Assembly: GCF_964213995.1 (NCBI RefSeq)
Contig: NW_027590255.1
Location: 248,001-312,000, forward strand
Length of the DNA: 64,000 nt
Direction: 5' to 3'
Origin: Mustelus asterias
Taxonomy: Eukaryota
The notes beneath the pieces are model-generated. The model saw only the letters and a program-made list of their open reading frames with translations, made no database searches and was not told the origin of the DNA. A program made the position numbers and the translations under genes. Positions 42,378 through 55,483 of the stretch are shown here, piece after piece. The stretch's first letter is position 1, and every line of letters starts with the position of its first letter.

Positions 42378-42637
42378 TCATAGAAATCATAGAAACCCTA
42401 CAGTGCAGAAAGAGGCCATTCGGCCCATCGAGTCTGCACCGACCACAATCCCACCCAGGCCCTCCCCCCACATATTTACCCGCGAATCCCTCGAACCTAC
42501 GCATTTTAGGACTCTGAGGGGCAATTTTTAACCTGGCCAATCAGCCTAACCCGCAAATCTTTGGATTGTGGGAGGAAACCGGAGCACCCGGAGGAAACCC
42601 ACGCAGACACGAGGAGAATGTGCAAACTCCACACAGC
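42378..42637 (-). mobile_element. HE1-like SINE, 5' truncated
   Basis: V-domain and tail. Confidence 0.85.
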
Positions 42638-45027
42638 ATATAGAACATAGAACATAGAACATTACAGCGCAGAACAGGCCCTTCGGCCCACGATGTTGCA
42701 CCGACCAGTTAAAAAAAAAACTGTGACCCTCCAACCTAAACCAATTTCTTTTCGTCCATGAACCTATCTACGGATCTCTTAAACGCCCCCAAACTAGGCG
42801 CATTTACTACTGATGCATATCATATGGAGTTATATTTAAACCCATCGGAATTCTGCCAGAGATTTCGTAGCGAATCCGCCCCATTTCCTCTTTATGCCCT
42901 AAAATTCGCCCTTTAAAACGGTTTTTCTCCAACTGCTCTTTGAAAAAATTTTGCATCAGATTCCCCAGTTTTTTAGACAGCGAATTCAGGATTTACAGAA
43001 ACTAGCTACCTATGTAAGTAAACATGTGTTTGCTCACAATATCTTTACTTTTTTAACAAATCATAATGAATCAATGTCCTCATGCAACAGGAACAGTTTA
43101 TGCCAATTTACTCTATTAAAGCTGTCCATGATTTTGAACACTTCCATGAAAACTCCTGTTAACGTGCCTGCAGACATCAAAAACTATGAATGCTGGAAGT
43201 ACAAACTTAATTTTGAAAATCTGGATGTACACAACAAGTATGCACCTGCGGGGGTAAATAGTGATCAGGTTTAAACTTTCAGATCAACATCCTTTCATCA
43301 GCACTGGTGAAAGTTACAAATGTGATCGAAGATTTTAAGAAAATGCGACGGAGAACGGCAGATGGCAAAAAAAAACAAAAGGGAGGTTTGTGATTGTGTG
43401 CAACACACGCACATAAAATGACAAACAGTCTAATGGAAATAGTAAGAGTACAAGTAAAGATAGTGAGCACTGTGTCGTCAAGAGGGGTGCATGAGTTCCA
43501 TTGGAGCACTAGAGAAGACCAAGGACAGAATGATCAGTGTGAGCAAAGCACAGAATTAAAATGATAGGAATTATCACAAATAGTGTGCTACTTGTGGACT
43601 GAATGGAAATGTTCCACAATCTGTACATCTGTCATCAGAATGTAGAGCAGAGTACATTGTGAGCAGCAAATACAGCACACTACATTTAAATGATTAGTCC
43701 AGTAGGATTCATTGAGGGGGTATCTGATGAGGAGAAAAGAGGTAAAAGGCCTGTTGTTGCACCTTGACAGGTGCCATGGAAAGTCAAAACGACAAATAGA
43801 AGCTGTTAGGAAAGGACTGCGGTATTCGGAGGGGAAGGAATGTTTGGTGACAGCATCACACAAGCTAGAGGTGGTAAAAATGCTGAGAGCTAATCCATTG
43901 AAAAAGTTGGTAATTTAAAGGAGGAAGCATTATCATAATATAGAGAATATAGAGACGGGGTGAGAGCAGAGGTGTGGGACAAGAGCAGACACAGATGAGT
44001 ATGCTGTCAGCCACAGAGTGGGGAGATCAGTGGCTGAGGAAAAAGGAAGAAATATCAGAATTTCTCAAATGGAAAGCTCCATTATCAGTACGCATTGTTC
44101 AAGACCTTAATTATACGGCCAGGAGAAATATTGATGTATCTGAACGTTTTATGTTTCAATTTTGTAGAATACATTCAATGCTCACAATGTGGTTTGCTCT
44201 GGGTTGGATAGATTGAGTGTCTGCTTTGTGAAACACCTGTCTTCAGTCAGAACAAAGATTCAAATCCAAGCTTAAACTGAAGTCCCAACTCTAAACAAAG
44301 GAAACTCAGAATGTATTACAGGTGAGTTGGCTAAAATAGATTGGGGAACTCGATGAAGGGGCACGAAGGTGGATAGGCAGTGTCTGGTATTTAAGGAAGA
44401 AATGCTTGCATTGTAACAGTTGTACATTTCCTTCAGTCGCAAAAACATAACAGGAAAAATGACCCAATCATGGCTAATAAAATTAGGTATTATTAGATCT
44501 GATGATGATTTTTATAAAGTTGAAAGAAAAAGTTGAAACCGAAGGATTGGGAACAGTTTTTATTTCAGGAAAGGAGGACAAAGAGATTGATTAGAGGGAT
44601 AAAATGCTGTACGAGAGTGAACTTGCAAGTCGCTGACAATTGGACTATTAAAGCTTATGTTAGTATGTGAAAAAATATAACAAAGATAAATTTAGGTGCT
44701 TTGCATTCGGATATGGGCAAATTTATAATGGAGAACAAGGAAATGGCAGCGCAATTAAATAAGTGTTTTCATGCTGTCTTCATGGAGGAACACACAAATA
44801 ACTTCCCAGCAATGCTCGGGAACCATGGTCTAGAAATTGGGGGGATTTAATATTACTAAAATATACAGTGCTGGAGAAATTAATGGGACTGAGGGCTGAA
44901 AAATCTCCAAGGCCCAATAATCTACATCACAGGGTTCTAAACGAAGTGGCAATGGGAATAATGGATCCAACATTCTCTACATTCTTTAACAGTCTAAGCA
45001 GTTTGGAGAGTGGAAAATCTAACCCCT

Positions 45028-45898
45028 GAGCACAGTTTCATAGCAGAGAGCACAGTTCCACAGCAGAGATCACAGTTTGACAGCAGAGAGCACAGTTCCA
45101 CAGCAAGAGTATTTTTCCACAACAGGGAAATGAGTTCCACAGCGGAGATCACAGTTCCACAGCAGGGATCACAGTACCACAGCAGAGAGCACAGTTCCAC
45201 AGCAGGGAGCGCAGTTCCACAGCAGAGATCACAGTTCCACAGCAGAGAGCACAGTTCCACAGCAGGGATCACAGTTCCACAGCAGAGAGCACAGTTCCAC
45301 AGCAGAGAGCACAGTTCCACAGCAGGGATCACAGTACCACAGCAGATATCACAGTTCTACAGCAGAGAGCACAGTTCCACAGCAGAGAGCACAGTTCCAC
45401 AGCAGAGATCACAGTTCCACAGCAGAGATCACAGATCCACAGCAGAGATCACAGTTCCACAGCGGAGAGCACAGTTCCACAGCGGAGAGCACAGTTCCAC
45501 AGCAGAGAGCACATTTCCACAGCAGGGAGCACAGTTCCACAGCAGAGAGCACAGTTCCACAGCAGAGGTCACAGTTCCACAGCAGAGCACAGTTCCACAG
45601 CACTGAGAACTTTTCCACAACAGGGAAAAGAGTTCCACAGCAGAGATCACAGTTCCACAGCAGAAAGTACAGTTCCACAGCAGGGATCACAGTTCCACAG
45701 GAGGGATCACAGTTCCACAGCAGGGATCACAGTTCCACAGCACTGAGAACTTTTCCACAACAGGGAAAAGAGTTCCACAGCAGAGATCACAGTTCCACAG
45801 CAGAAAGTACAGTTCTACAGCAGGGATCACAGTTCCACAGCAGGGATCACAGTTCCGCAGCAGAGATCGCAGTTCCACAGCAGAAATCGCAGTTCCAC
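45028..45898. repeat. 20-bp minisatellite
   Basis: Unit CACAGTTCCACAGCAGAGAG, about 40 copies. Confidence 0.97.
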
Positions 45899-46188
45899 TA
45901 TTTAGAAACAAGGAAGCAAAATTAAACAAGAAGAAGAAGGTTAGAAACAGGAGACATCTTGGGATTTACATTAATGACCACTCAGTCCATTCTCCTTTGC
46001 CTGTGTGTGGTCTTGTGTATCCTGACTATCTGTCGCTTCGTCTGTGTGTCTTTCTGTGTTTTCCATTCTTGGTGACAGTGGAATTGTGGCGCCAGGGGGA
46101 GCAGCCGAGCGCATGCACTCCAATGATGAACACGGAAGTGAATACCTGTGACACATTCACAATAGCTCGCAGGCAATTTTAATTGTGT

Positions 46189-46237
46189 CGCAGAGTGGCG
46201 CAGCGGAAGCGTGCTGGATCGAAACCATTCTCTGCTA
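46189..46237 (+). pseudogene. tRNA-iMet pseudogene lacking the anticodon arm
   Basis: CGCAGAGTGGCGCAGCGGAAGCGTGCTGGATCGAAACCATTCTCTGCTA: 23-nt deletion between TGG microhomologies; T4 follows. Confidence 0.85.
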
Positions 46238-47929
46238 TTACGTTTTGAGCAACAGCAAAAATAATTCCTCAGCGGCTCCTTCAAAATGATTTGACATTTC
46301 CGCCCAGGATGCTGTAATTTTCTTCCGCTTCTCGCTACTAGTTAACATTTGAATGAGCAACAGATCGCTGAAATGCCATTTACTCACACACGGACACAAG
46401 CTGTAAATGTTGCAAAGATACACAAGCCAAGGTTTTTCCCTTTCAGCCCGTTTCTCCCAAACAGCTGACACAGGCGTGATGATCCGAATGATCTTGAATT
46501 ATTCACCATCACTCTATGATTGTCCGAATAGAAAAAAAGCTATTTTCTGAAATGAAAACAATCTAGTGAAGTTTAGACATATTAGCTGCACTATTTCTGA
46601 TCTCCGGGGCACTCTGCAGTAAGCCACCATGCTTATATGGGCAGCAGCGTGCTCCCTGTGACATGTACTATTCAGAAGGACAAGAATATCAGCACAGTGG
46701 ACACAGCATCCCGTTAAAGACAGAGTTAATCCTTATTTGGACAGAAATCACTATTTTTTTCTTAATTACTGGTTTAAAACATGAAATTCAGTTCCCAAAA
46801 TCACCATAAACTGAGAAAGTGAAGTTTCCTTTCTTCAGGTTTGCACATTGCTTACACATTGTATGAAATACTTTTTTCAGTCTCTCTGATTGTTCCCTTG
46901 ATTCGCCTCTTCCTAGCTGGACGGATTTTAACGTGTTCAGTTTACAACACATTTCACCCTTCTCGGCCTTACTTAAGGTCAAAACTGTTACCTGCGTGTG
47001 TCCTTTCTCCTCGCACTGAATGTCTGCCTCTAACATATTGTGGTCACTCAGTGTTTGATGTTTATTTACTGTCAGATTATTAATTAATCCTGCTCCTGCC
47101 TCATTACTGAAATTCGTGGAACCTTTTGTCTTGTGCTTTCCAAAGCAAGGTGGAGGGCAGGAGTGATTAAGTAATAAAATAATTGGTGCTGCAAGGCGAA
47201 AGGGAGTGGGAAAGGAACAAGTAACAGCAAACAGAGATGTGTCTGAAGGAGGTGTGAATTGAAGAATGATGAACAACTGCCAGCTGAAAGCAAAATCAAG
47301 AGAAAATATAGATGAAAACCAAAAATCAAAATAAAATTGAATCAATTATGACGGTTACTATCATATTAGAAATACGGGCAGGAGTCAGGCCATTCAGCCC
47401 CTCAGTCCTGCACCATCATTCAAGAAGGGGAGGCGATGGTCTCGTGGTATCATCGCTAGACTATTAATCTGGAAACTCAGCTAATGTTCTGGGCACCCAG
47501 GTTCGAAACCCTCCACAGCAGATGGTAGAATTTGATTTCAATCAAAAGTAATTTGAAAATAAGAATCTAGTGATGGCGATGGAACCATTGTTGGAAAAAT
47601 CCATCTGGTTCACTAATGTGCTTTAGGGCAGGAAATCTGATGAAATTATCTTGTGTGGCCTACATGTGACTTCAGAGCGACAGCAATGTGGTTGACTCGA
47701 TACGTGGATGGGTAATAAATGCTGGCCAGTGATGCACACATCCTATGAATGGACCAAGGAAAAAGATCATAACTAAAATAATTGTGGCTGCAATTCGACT
47801 TTTCGAACTTTTGCAACAACCATTCACTCCCTTGTATAATCTGTCTAATTCAGCCTAGAACATATTCAATGATCCAGTCTCAACTGTTGTCTGGGGAAGG
47901 GAATTCCACTGACTAACTATCCTCTGAGA

Positions 47930-48860
47930 TGAGATGAGAGTGACTGCCCTTGACATCAAAACAGGATTTGACCGAGTTCAGCATCAAGGATCCTCAGCAA
48001 AAGCAAAGTCGATGGGAATCATGGAAACCTCTCCACTGGTTGGAACTTTATCCAGCATAAAGCCAGATGGTTGTGGTGGTCAGTCATTTCATCCTCAGGA
48101 GACCATTTCCCGAGTTTGTCAAGTTACTGTCCCAGACCCTTCCACCATAAGGTCAGAATTGGAGATGCTCGCTGATGACTGTGCAATGTTTAGCACCATT
48201 CAGGACTCTTCAGTTACTGAAGCAGCCCATTCCCAAATGCAGCAAGAACTGGACAGTATCCAAGCTTGGGCTGAGATGTGGCAAATAATAATCACACCAC
48301 ACATGTACCAGACAAAGACCATTTCCAGCAAGAGAGAATCTAACCATTGTCCCTTGACATTAAATGAAATTATATCAATATCTTTGTGATGACCTTCAAT
48401 TGGACTAGCGATGTAATACAAGGGCTACAAGGCAGGTCAGAGACACAGAATCCCATGGTGAGTAACAAAGATCCTGACTGCCAAACACTGTTCACCATCT
48501 ACCAGGCACAAATCAGGAGTATGATGGATTAATCTCCACTTGCCTGGGTTAATGCAGCACCAGCAACACTCAAGAGGTTTGACACCATCCCGGACAAAGC
48601 ATCCCTCATGATTGACATCCCATCTGTAAACACACATGCCCTTGACCACTGACACACAGTGGCAGCAGTACTTACTACCTCCAAGATGAGCTACTGGAAC
48701 TCACAAATGTTCCTTCAGTAGCATCTTTCAAACCAAAGAGCACTACCGTCTAGAGAAGGACAAGAACAGTTGACTCATGGAAACACCATTAAATGGACCT
48801 TCCCCTCCAAGTCACTTACCATTCTCACTTGGGAATATATCGCTGTTCCTTCATTGTGGC
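47930..48860 (+). mobile_element. Old CR1/L2-group LINE RT remnant
   Basis: RVTALDIKTGFDRV, MLADDC, MQQELDSIQAWA. Confidence 0.7.
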
Positions 48861-50600
48861 TGGATTCATTCTGTATCTGTCATTCTCTGGTGCAATATAT
48901 CTGTACCATATGCCATATGTATCTTGCATTTTTTGCTGCAGGATGCATGTTGCATCATTATTTGAACCTGTGTTTGGAACAGTAGTTGAGCAAGGGATTT
49001 TGTCTATCAGTTACTTTCTGATACTGCAAGTGAATTTGGGACTCATTCTGAATCTCTTAAGAATAGCATGTGTGAACATTCAAAATCTGAGCAGGAATAG
49101 ACCACTCGAGTCTGCTCCTCCATTCTATAACATCATGGCTGATCTGATTTGAACATCGACTCCACACTCCTGCCTAACCTTAATACCTTTTACCTCTTTG
49201 CTTATCAACAATCTATCTTTCAGTTAGTGTGTGTGTGTTTGTGTGTGTGACCATCAGTCAGTGCTATTGTATATGAATTTAAACACAATTCTGAATAGGA
49301 ATCTTTCTGGTACCACACGAGTGCAGTATTCAGTATTCTCTGAAATTGTATGAGTTTGGCAGGCATTCTGATCTGTCACAAAGATGGAATATTAGGGTAG
49401 GATTTATGTTTCTCTCTCAGGTACCATACGTGATTTGGGGTTCATTCAGCATCTGAGTATATCTGCTGCTGTTTCTAAAGGGTGAAAATCATGTGTATTG
49501 GTCAGACTGTCATAATGTGTGTGAGTGTGGGATCATTCTGAATCTGTCACTGGTACTCAGTGTCTGGGATACTGCTATGTAAGTGTGATAGTCAGATGTA
49601 ACTTTCAGTCCCTGGTGCTCTATGTGCAGCATGAGATTCATTTATCTAACACTGAGCACATGTTTGAGAATTATCGTGTGTATGTCAGAGTCTATGACTC
49701 AATGTGAGCATGGGATTCATCATGTAATCGTCAATCTATTTATAAGTTTGGATTCATTCTATATAAATTTCCAGCAAAACAACAGGCCACTGATGTGGTA
49801 GGTTTGAAGCAAACAATGTATGTGAATTTCGGCCCAACATTAAATCTGTGTCACTCTGAACACAATTGTGAAAGATAATGTATCCTTCAATCTGATGCTG
49901 GATTGCTATGCAAGCTTCACTCAGGTTGTTCACACTGATTTGATCTGTGACACTCAGCCTGATTCTGAGGAAGAATTTTGACATGAATGTAAAAGGAAAC
50001 TCAGTCTGGAATTCATATAGTATCGTCCATCTGGCTCAGTGTGAGTAGGGAGTTAGGATTAGTTAATAAGCTATAGTTCAATTCAAAGTAATCAAATTGA
50101 TATTGTAACTTTAAGTTTCATAATCTGGGTGAGTTTTCAACTGGAATCTGAATTTGTATCTCAGGTTATACTCGCTCTCAGAATATCTCAATCTGAGAAT
50201 GTATTTGAGATTAGGCTTTGTATGAATGTATTTGTGAGGATACAAACTATGGGCCACTTTTAAACCCCTGATGTGGGTGGTATTTAACTCGAATCTCAGT
50301 GTACATTGTTAAGGTACATTGTGTAACTTTTAACCGAAAACCATTTGTCAGTTTGATCAGATATTGAATTTGGAGCTGTGGCTGCTCTATTGTGGGATTG
50401 ACACAGTGATGATCCAATATTAGGTGAGAATTTGGACTGGGATTTATGGATTCCCCTATCAATGGCACTGAGTTTGATTTGATGTATTGGTATACAGTGA
50501 AAGGTATTGCTTCTTGCGTAAAACGGACGAATCATACCGTTCATAGAGTAGAGGGGAGAAGGAAAGGAGAGGGTGCAGACTGTAGTGTTAAAAATTCATT

Positions 50601-50676
50601 TACCAGGAGTAGGGTTCGAACCCACGCAGACATATGTCCATTGGATCTTAAGCCTTAACCACTCGGCCATTCTGGT
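50601..50676 (-). pseudogene. tRNA-Leu(TAA) pseudogene with a 7-nt anticodon-stem deletion
   Basis: ACCAGAATGGCCGAGTGGTTAAGGC^TTAAGATCCAATGGACATATGTCTGCGTGGGTTCGAACCCTACTCCTGGTA; GTTGGAC missing; T5 terminator. Confidence 0.88.
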
Positions 50677-51896
50677 ACGAGAACTGGCTGTCAAATAGGC
50701 ACATCATCTGTCTCTCCTGCAGTTTGGGTCTGTGGAATTGATCAGCTGTCTGTGTCTCTGAGCTGTCAGTGACAATGTACGGACTGTGTGTGAGAAGGAA
50801 GGAGTTGGCAACAATTTCCCCTGTAACTTGTGTGGAGGAAATATCACGTTTGTTTTGGATCTGTCAAATATTTATCTGTGGAAACAAAGTACATTCAATA
50901 TCTCAAATCCAGATTCCGTCAGTTTAATCTCTATTAATAATCATTGTGAGCGGTTTGTGAGGCTGCAGCCAGACTCCAGCTCTGATTGGTCACTCACATT
51001 TCAATCACATTCTTAACCAATCGGAGAGCCAGGTAGAAGAAATGGGAGGTTTTGATTGGTTCACATTTTCAAACTGGAAAAACCCGCCAATTTCAGTGCA
51101 GGAAAAATACAAAATAACGGAACGCCTGAATGTTCAGGAAACTATTTCAATCTCACACTTTATAATCTGTTTATTGTATTTTCCCTCACAGAATCCTGGC
51201 GCTATTTTAGGAACAGTTTGAATTTCTCAATCTCTTATCTATAACCCGCGGTAATCAGACCCCGTTCAGCAATTTAAAACGGAGCAAATCTCAGCTCAGT
51301 GGAAAAGCAGAGCTTCACAGGGACAGAGGGAAACGGCTGATTTCTGATCCTCTCCCCTGAAAGCGGCCGGGAATGTTACAATGGGAAGTGCGGAGAGAAT
51401 CCCCGGCCCGATCCCGCCGGTGGAACAGGCAGCTTTGTGTCCGGAGAATAGGGAGCGCCGGGGGGAGGCAGATCTTAAAGCGCTGCAATGGACTCAGGTC
51501 CTGTGTGTGCACAGATCTGGCTGATTCCGTCCTCTGGGAAAGCTGCGGAATAAACAGATCAGCCCGAGAATAACCTCTTCATTCCCGCCTTTACTCTGTT
51601 GCGGGAGCTGCTCCCAGATCACCCGAGAAAAAAAAATTAATTCAGGGTCGTGAAACTCTGAATATAGTGATAAATAAATTTAAATAATTACCTCCTGATA
51701 TTCTTTCTCCCCATTGTCCGTGACAATCCCCAGACTGGGATTTAAAATACGCTCTCAGTTCAGTTTGATTGTCCCTTCAATGTGAAAGTGTGTGTGAGGG
51801 GCGGGTATGAAGTCCCATTCACAGCATTCTGCACCGGGACAAATCTCTGTCCTCCAGAAAGACATTTCTCATTCACTCAATAAGGGAAAAGATGGC

Positions 51897-51938
51897 GCAG
51901 CTTTTTCACAGGGATTGTGAGTGGCTCTTAAAAGAGCC
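51897..51938 (-). terminator. Histone 3' stem-loop and HDE (H2B)
   Basis: GGCTCTTTTAAGAGCC (51938-51923); GTGAAAAAGCTGC. Confidence 0.95.
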
Positions 51939-51974
51939 GTTGTGTTTGGGATGTTTTTCAGTCCATGGGGAGTT

Positions 51975-52361
51975 TTACTTGGAGCTGGTGTACTTGGTCA
52001 CCGCCTTTGTCCCTTCCGACACGGCGTGCTTGGCCAGTTCCCCGGGCAGCAGCAGGCGCACGGCGGTCTGGATCTCCCGGGAGCTGATGGTGCTGCGCTT
52101 GTTGTAATGGGCCAGGCGGGAAGCCTCACCCGCGATGCGCTCGAAAATATCGTTCACGAACGAGTTCATGATGCTCATGGCCTTGGAGGAGATGCCGGTG
52201 TCGGGGTGAACCTGCTTCATCACTTTGTAGATGTAGATGGAGTAACTCTCCTTCCTCGACTTTCGCCGCTTCTTGCCGCCCTTTGTTCCCGGTTTCTTAA
52301 TCACTTTCTTCGCTCCCTTCTTGGGAGCTGGTTTCGATGTTGGTTTCTTCTCATCAGCCAT
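51975..52361 (-). CDS. H2B: Histone H2B, 128 aa
   Basis: MADEKK...[27 protein letters not shown]...AVTKYTSSK; ATG at 52361. Confidence 0.98.
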   Translation of the reverse strand: MADEKKPTSKPAPKKGAKKVIKKPGTKGGKKRRKSRKESYSIYIYKVMKQVHPDTGISSKAMSIMNSFVNDIFERIAGEASRLAHYNKRSTISSREIQTAVRLLLPGELAKHAVSEGTKAVTKYTSSK

Positions 52362-52404
52362 CTTCAATTTCACGCAGAAATAAAACAAACCCCTTCCGAG
52401 CGCT

Positions 52405-52600
52405 GATTAAATAGACAGTCCCACAGATCTATGCTAATGAGGAATTGGGAAAGCAATGATTGTGATTGGACATTTTGAAAGTTATTACAGTCACTTATCA
52501 GGGATTCAATTGAGTGGATATGAAAACAGACCAATCAGATTGAGGGGTTTCCGCCAATCACAAGCCCCCTTACCACAATCAGGAAATACATTTTACAAAG
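52405..52600. promoter_or_regulatory. H2A/H2B-type bidirectional promoter
   Basis: H2B TATA (TATTTAA, minus strand, ~52407-52413), octamer variant ATGCTAAT at 52431-52438, ATTGG at 52444 and 52465, CCAAT at 52531 and 52554, degenerate TATA TTTTACAAAG at 52591. Confidence 0.8.
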
Positions 52601-52660
52601 AATCTCCAGCGCCAGTTTGTCAGTGTGTAAAGATCCACCGGGACCGGCGGCCATTACAAG

Positions 52661-52969
52661 ATGGCGGCGGCTCCTTCCAGAAAGAGCTTCGTGATCTTCG
52701 TGTCGCGGGTGCCCTGGACCCTGGCCGGCAAAGAAATCAAAGAATATTTTGGACAGTTTGGATTAGTAAAGAAATGTCTTCTTCCATTCGACAAAGAGAC
52801 TGGATTTCATAGAGGATTCTGTTGGGTTGGCTTCAATACAGAAGAAGGGCTTCAGAATGCACTGCAGAAGGAACCACACCTCCTTGAAGGGGCAAAGCTT
52901 CAAGTTCAGAGAAACAGAAAATTGTTTCAAGGGCGCAGACCAAATAAAGTCACTGAATCAGCAAATTGA
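52661..52969 (+). CDS. SLIRP: SLIRP (SRA stem-loop-interacting RNA-binding protein, mitochondrial) intronless retrocopy, intact 102-aa RRM ORF
   Basis: FVSRVPWT...[39 protein letters not shown] matches SLIRP. ATTAAA at 53015, A9 tail at 53039-53047, TSD AAAGATCCACCGGGA. Confidence 0.92.
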   Translation: MAAAPSRKSFVIFVSRVPWTLAGKEIKEYFGQFGLVKKCLLPFDKETGFHRGFCWVGFNTEEGLQNALQKEPHLLEGAKLQVQRNRKLFQGRRPNKVTESAN

Positions 52970-53154
52970 CACTGAACATGGAGGGTATAGTTAAAGCTCT
53001 TTTGTCCTAAGTAAATTAAAGATGGTGATTTAAACACTAAAAAAAAAGATCCACCGGGAAATGTCGCCTGGCTGTCGGTGTGAGGGACCCTTCTCCACAG
53101 AAGAACTGTGCGGGAGTGTGGGATTCCTTCAGGAACTGTGAATCTCTGGTAATG

Positions 53155-54125
53155 TGCGTGAGTGTGGGATTTACTTACTCTCTGATACAGTGTGTGAGTG
53201 TGGCATTTACTCACTCTCTGATACAGTGTGTGAGTTTGGGATTTACTCACTCTCTGATACAGTGTGTGAGTTTGGGATTTACTCACTCTCTGACACAGTG
53301 CGAGAGTGTGGGATTTACTCACTCTCTGATACAGTGTGTGTGTGGGATTTACTCACTCTCTGATACCGTGTGGGATTTACTCACTCTCTGATACAGTGTG
53401 GGATTTACTCACTCTCTGATACAGTGTGGGATTTACTCACTCTCTGATACCGTGTGTGAGTGCGGGATTTACTCACTCTCTGATACCGTGTGTGAGTGCG
53501 GGATTTACTCTCTCTGATACAGTGTGGGATTTACTCACTCTCTGATACCGTGTGTGAGTGCGGGATTTACTCACTCTCTGATACAGTGTGAGAGTGTGGG
53601 ATTTACTCACTCTCTGATACCGTGTGTGAGTGCGGGATTTACTCACTCTCTGATACCGTGTGTGAGTGCGGGATTTACTCTCTCTCTGATACAGTGTGGG
53701 ATTTACTCACTCTCTGATACCGTGTGTGAGTGCAGGATTTACTCACTCTCTGATACAGTGTGAGAGTGTGGGATTTACTCACTCTCTGATACCGTGTGTG
53801 AGTGCGGGATTTACACACTCTCTGATACAGTGTGTGTGTGTGGGATTTACTCACTCTAATACAGTGTGAGAGTGTGGGATTTACTCACTCTCTGATACAG
53901 TGTGAGAGTGTGGGATTTACTCACTCTCTCTGATACAGTGTGAGAGTGTGGGATTTACTCACTCTCTGATACAGTGTGAGAGTGTGGGATTTACTCACTC
54001 TCTGATACAGTGTGAGAGTGTGGGATTTACTCACTCTCTGATACAGTGTGAGAGTGTGGGATTTACTCACTCTCTGATACAGTGTGTGAGTGCGGGATTT
54101 ACTCACTCTGATACAGTGTGTGAGA
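53155..54125. repeat. ~36-bp minisatellite
   Basis: Unit GTGTGGGATTTACTCACTCTCTGATACAGTGTGAGA. Confidence 0.97.
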
Positions 54126-54354
54126 CCATAAGTTATCGGAGCAGAATTAGGCCACTCGGCCCATCGAGTCTTATCCGTCAATCATGACTGATATTTTTCT
54201 CTTCCTCATTCTCCTGCCTTTTCCCCATAATCCCTGGTCCCCTTATTAATCAAGTCTATCTATCTCTGACTTAAAAAACACTCAATGACTTGGCCTCCAC
54301 AGCCTTCTGCAACAAAGAGTTCCACAGATTCACCAGTCCCTGGCTGAACAAATT

Positions 54355-55483
54355 ACAGTAAGAAGTCTCACAACACCAGGTTAAAGTCCAACAGGTTTAT
54401 TTGGTAGCAAATACCATAAGCTTTCGGAGCAATGCTCCTTCGTCAGATGGAGTGGTCTCTGTTCTCAAACAGGGCACAGACACAGAAATCAAATTACAGA
54501 ATACTGATTAGAATGCAAATCTCTACAGCCAGCCAGGTCTTAAATGTACAGACAATGTGGGTGGAGGGAGCATTCAACACAGGTTAAAGAGATGTGTATT
54601 GTCTCCAGACAGTACAGCTTGTAAAATTGTGCAAGTCCAGGAGGCAAGCTGTGGGGGTTACTGATAATGTGACATAAATCCAACATCCCGGTTTAGACCG
54701 TCCTCATGTGTGCGGAACTTGGCTATCAGTTTCTGCTCAGTGACTCTGCGCTGTCGTGTGTCGTGAAGGCCGCCTTGGAGAACGCTTGCCTGAAGATCCA
54801 AGGCTGAATGCCCGTGACTGCTGAAGTGCTCCCCCACAGGAAGAGAACAGTCTTGCCTGGTGATTGTCGAGCGGTGTTCATTCATCCGTTGTCGTAGCGT
54901 CTGATGAATGACAACGGATGAATGAACACCGCTCGACAATCACCAGGCAAGACTGTTCTCTTCCTGTGGGGGAGCACTTCAGCAGTCACGGGCATTCAGC
55001 CTTGGATCTTCAGGTAAGCGTTCTCCAAGGCGGCCTTCACGACACACGACAGCGCAGAGTCACTGAGCAGAAACTGATAGCCAAGTTCCGCACACATGAG
55101 GACGGTCTAAACCGGGATGTTGGATTTATGTCACATTATCAGTAACCCCCACAGCTTGCCTCCTGGACTTGCACAATTTTACAAGCTGTACTGTCTGGAG
55201 ACAATACACATCTCTTCAACCTGTGTTGAATGCTCCCTCCACCCACATTGTCTGTACATTTAAGACCTGGCTGGCTGTAGAGATTTGCATTCTAATCAGT
55301 ATTCTGTAATTTGATTTCTGTGTCTGTGCCCTGTTTGAGAACAGAAACCACTCCATCTGACGAAGGAGCATTGCTCCGAAAGCTTATGGTATTTGCTACC
55401 AAATAAACCTGTTGGACTTTAACCTGGTGTTGTGAGACTTCTTACTGTGCTTACCCCAGTCCAACGCCGGCATCTCCACATCA
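54355..55483. mobile_element. Penelope-like element, ~540-bp near-perfect inverted duplication
   Basis: GIY-YIG C-terminus (RMNEHRSTI...PVGEHFS...EQKLIAKFRTHEDGLNRD) on both strands. Arms 54355-54893 and 54910-55448. TSD TGAACAAATTAC at 54345-54356 and 55484-55495. Confidence 0.93.
55353..55389 (+). ncRNA. Minimal type I hammerhead ribozyme motif (Penelope)
   Basis: CCAT-CTGACGA-AGGAGCATTGCTCC-GAAA-GCTT-ATGG. Mirror copy at 54414-54450 on the minus strand. Confidence 0.75.

Noticed and set aside
45010-45606. 198-aa repetitive ORF (HSSTA repeats)
   Set aside because: Translation of a 20-bp minisatellite; non-ATG start and no splice or promoter support.
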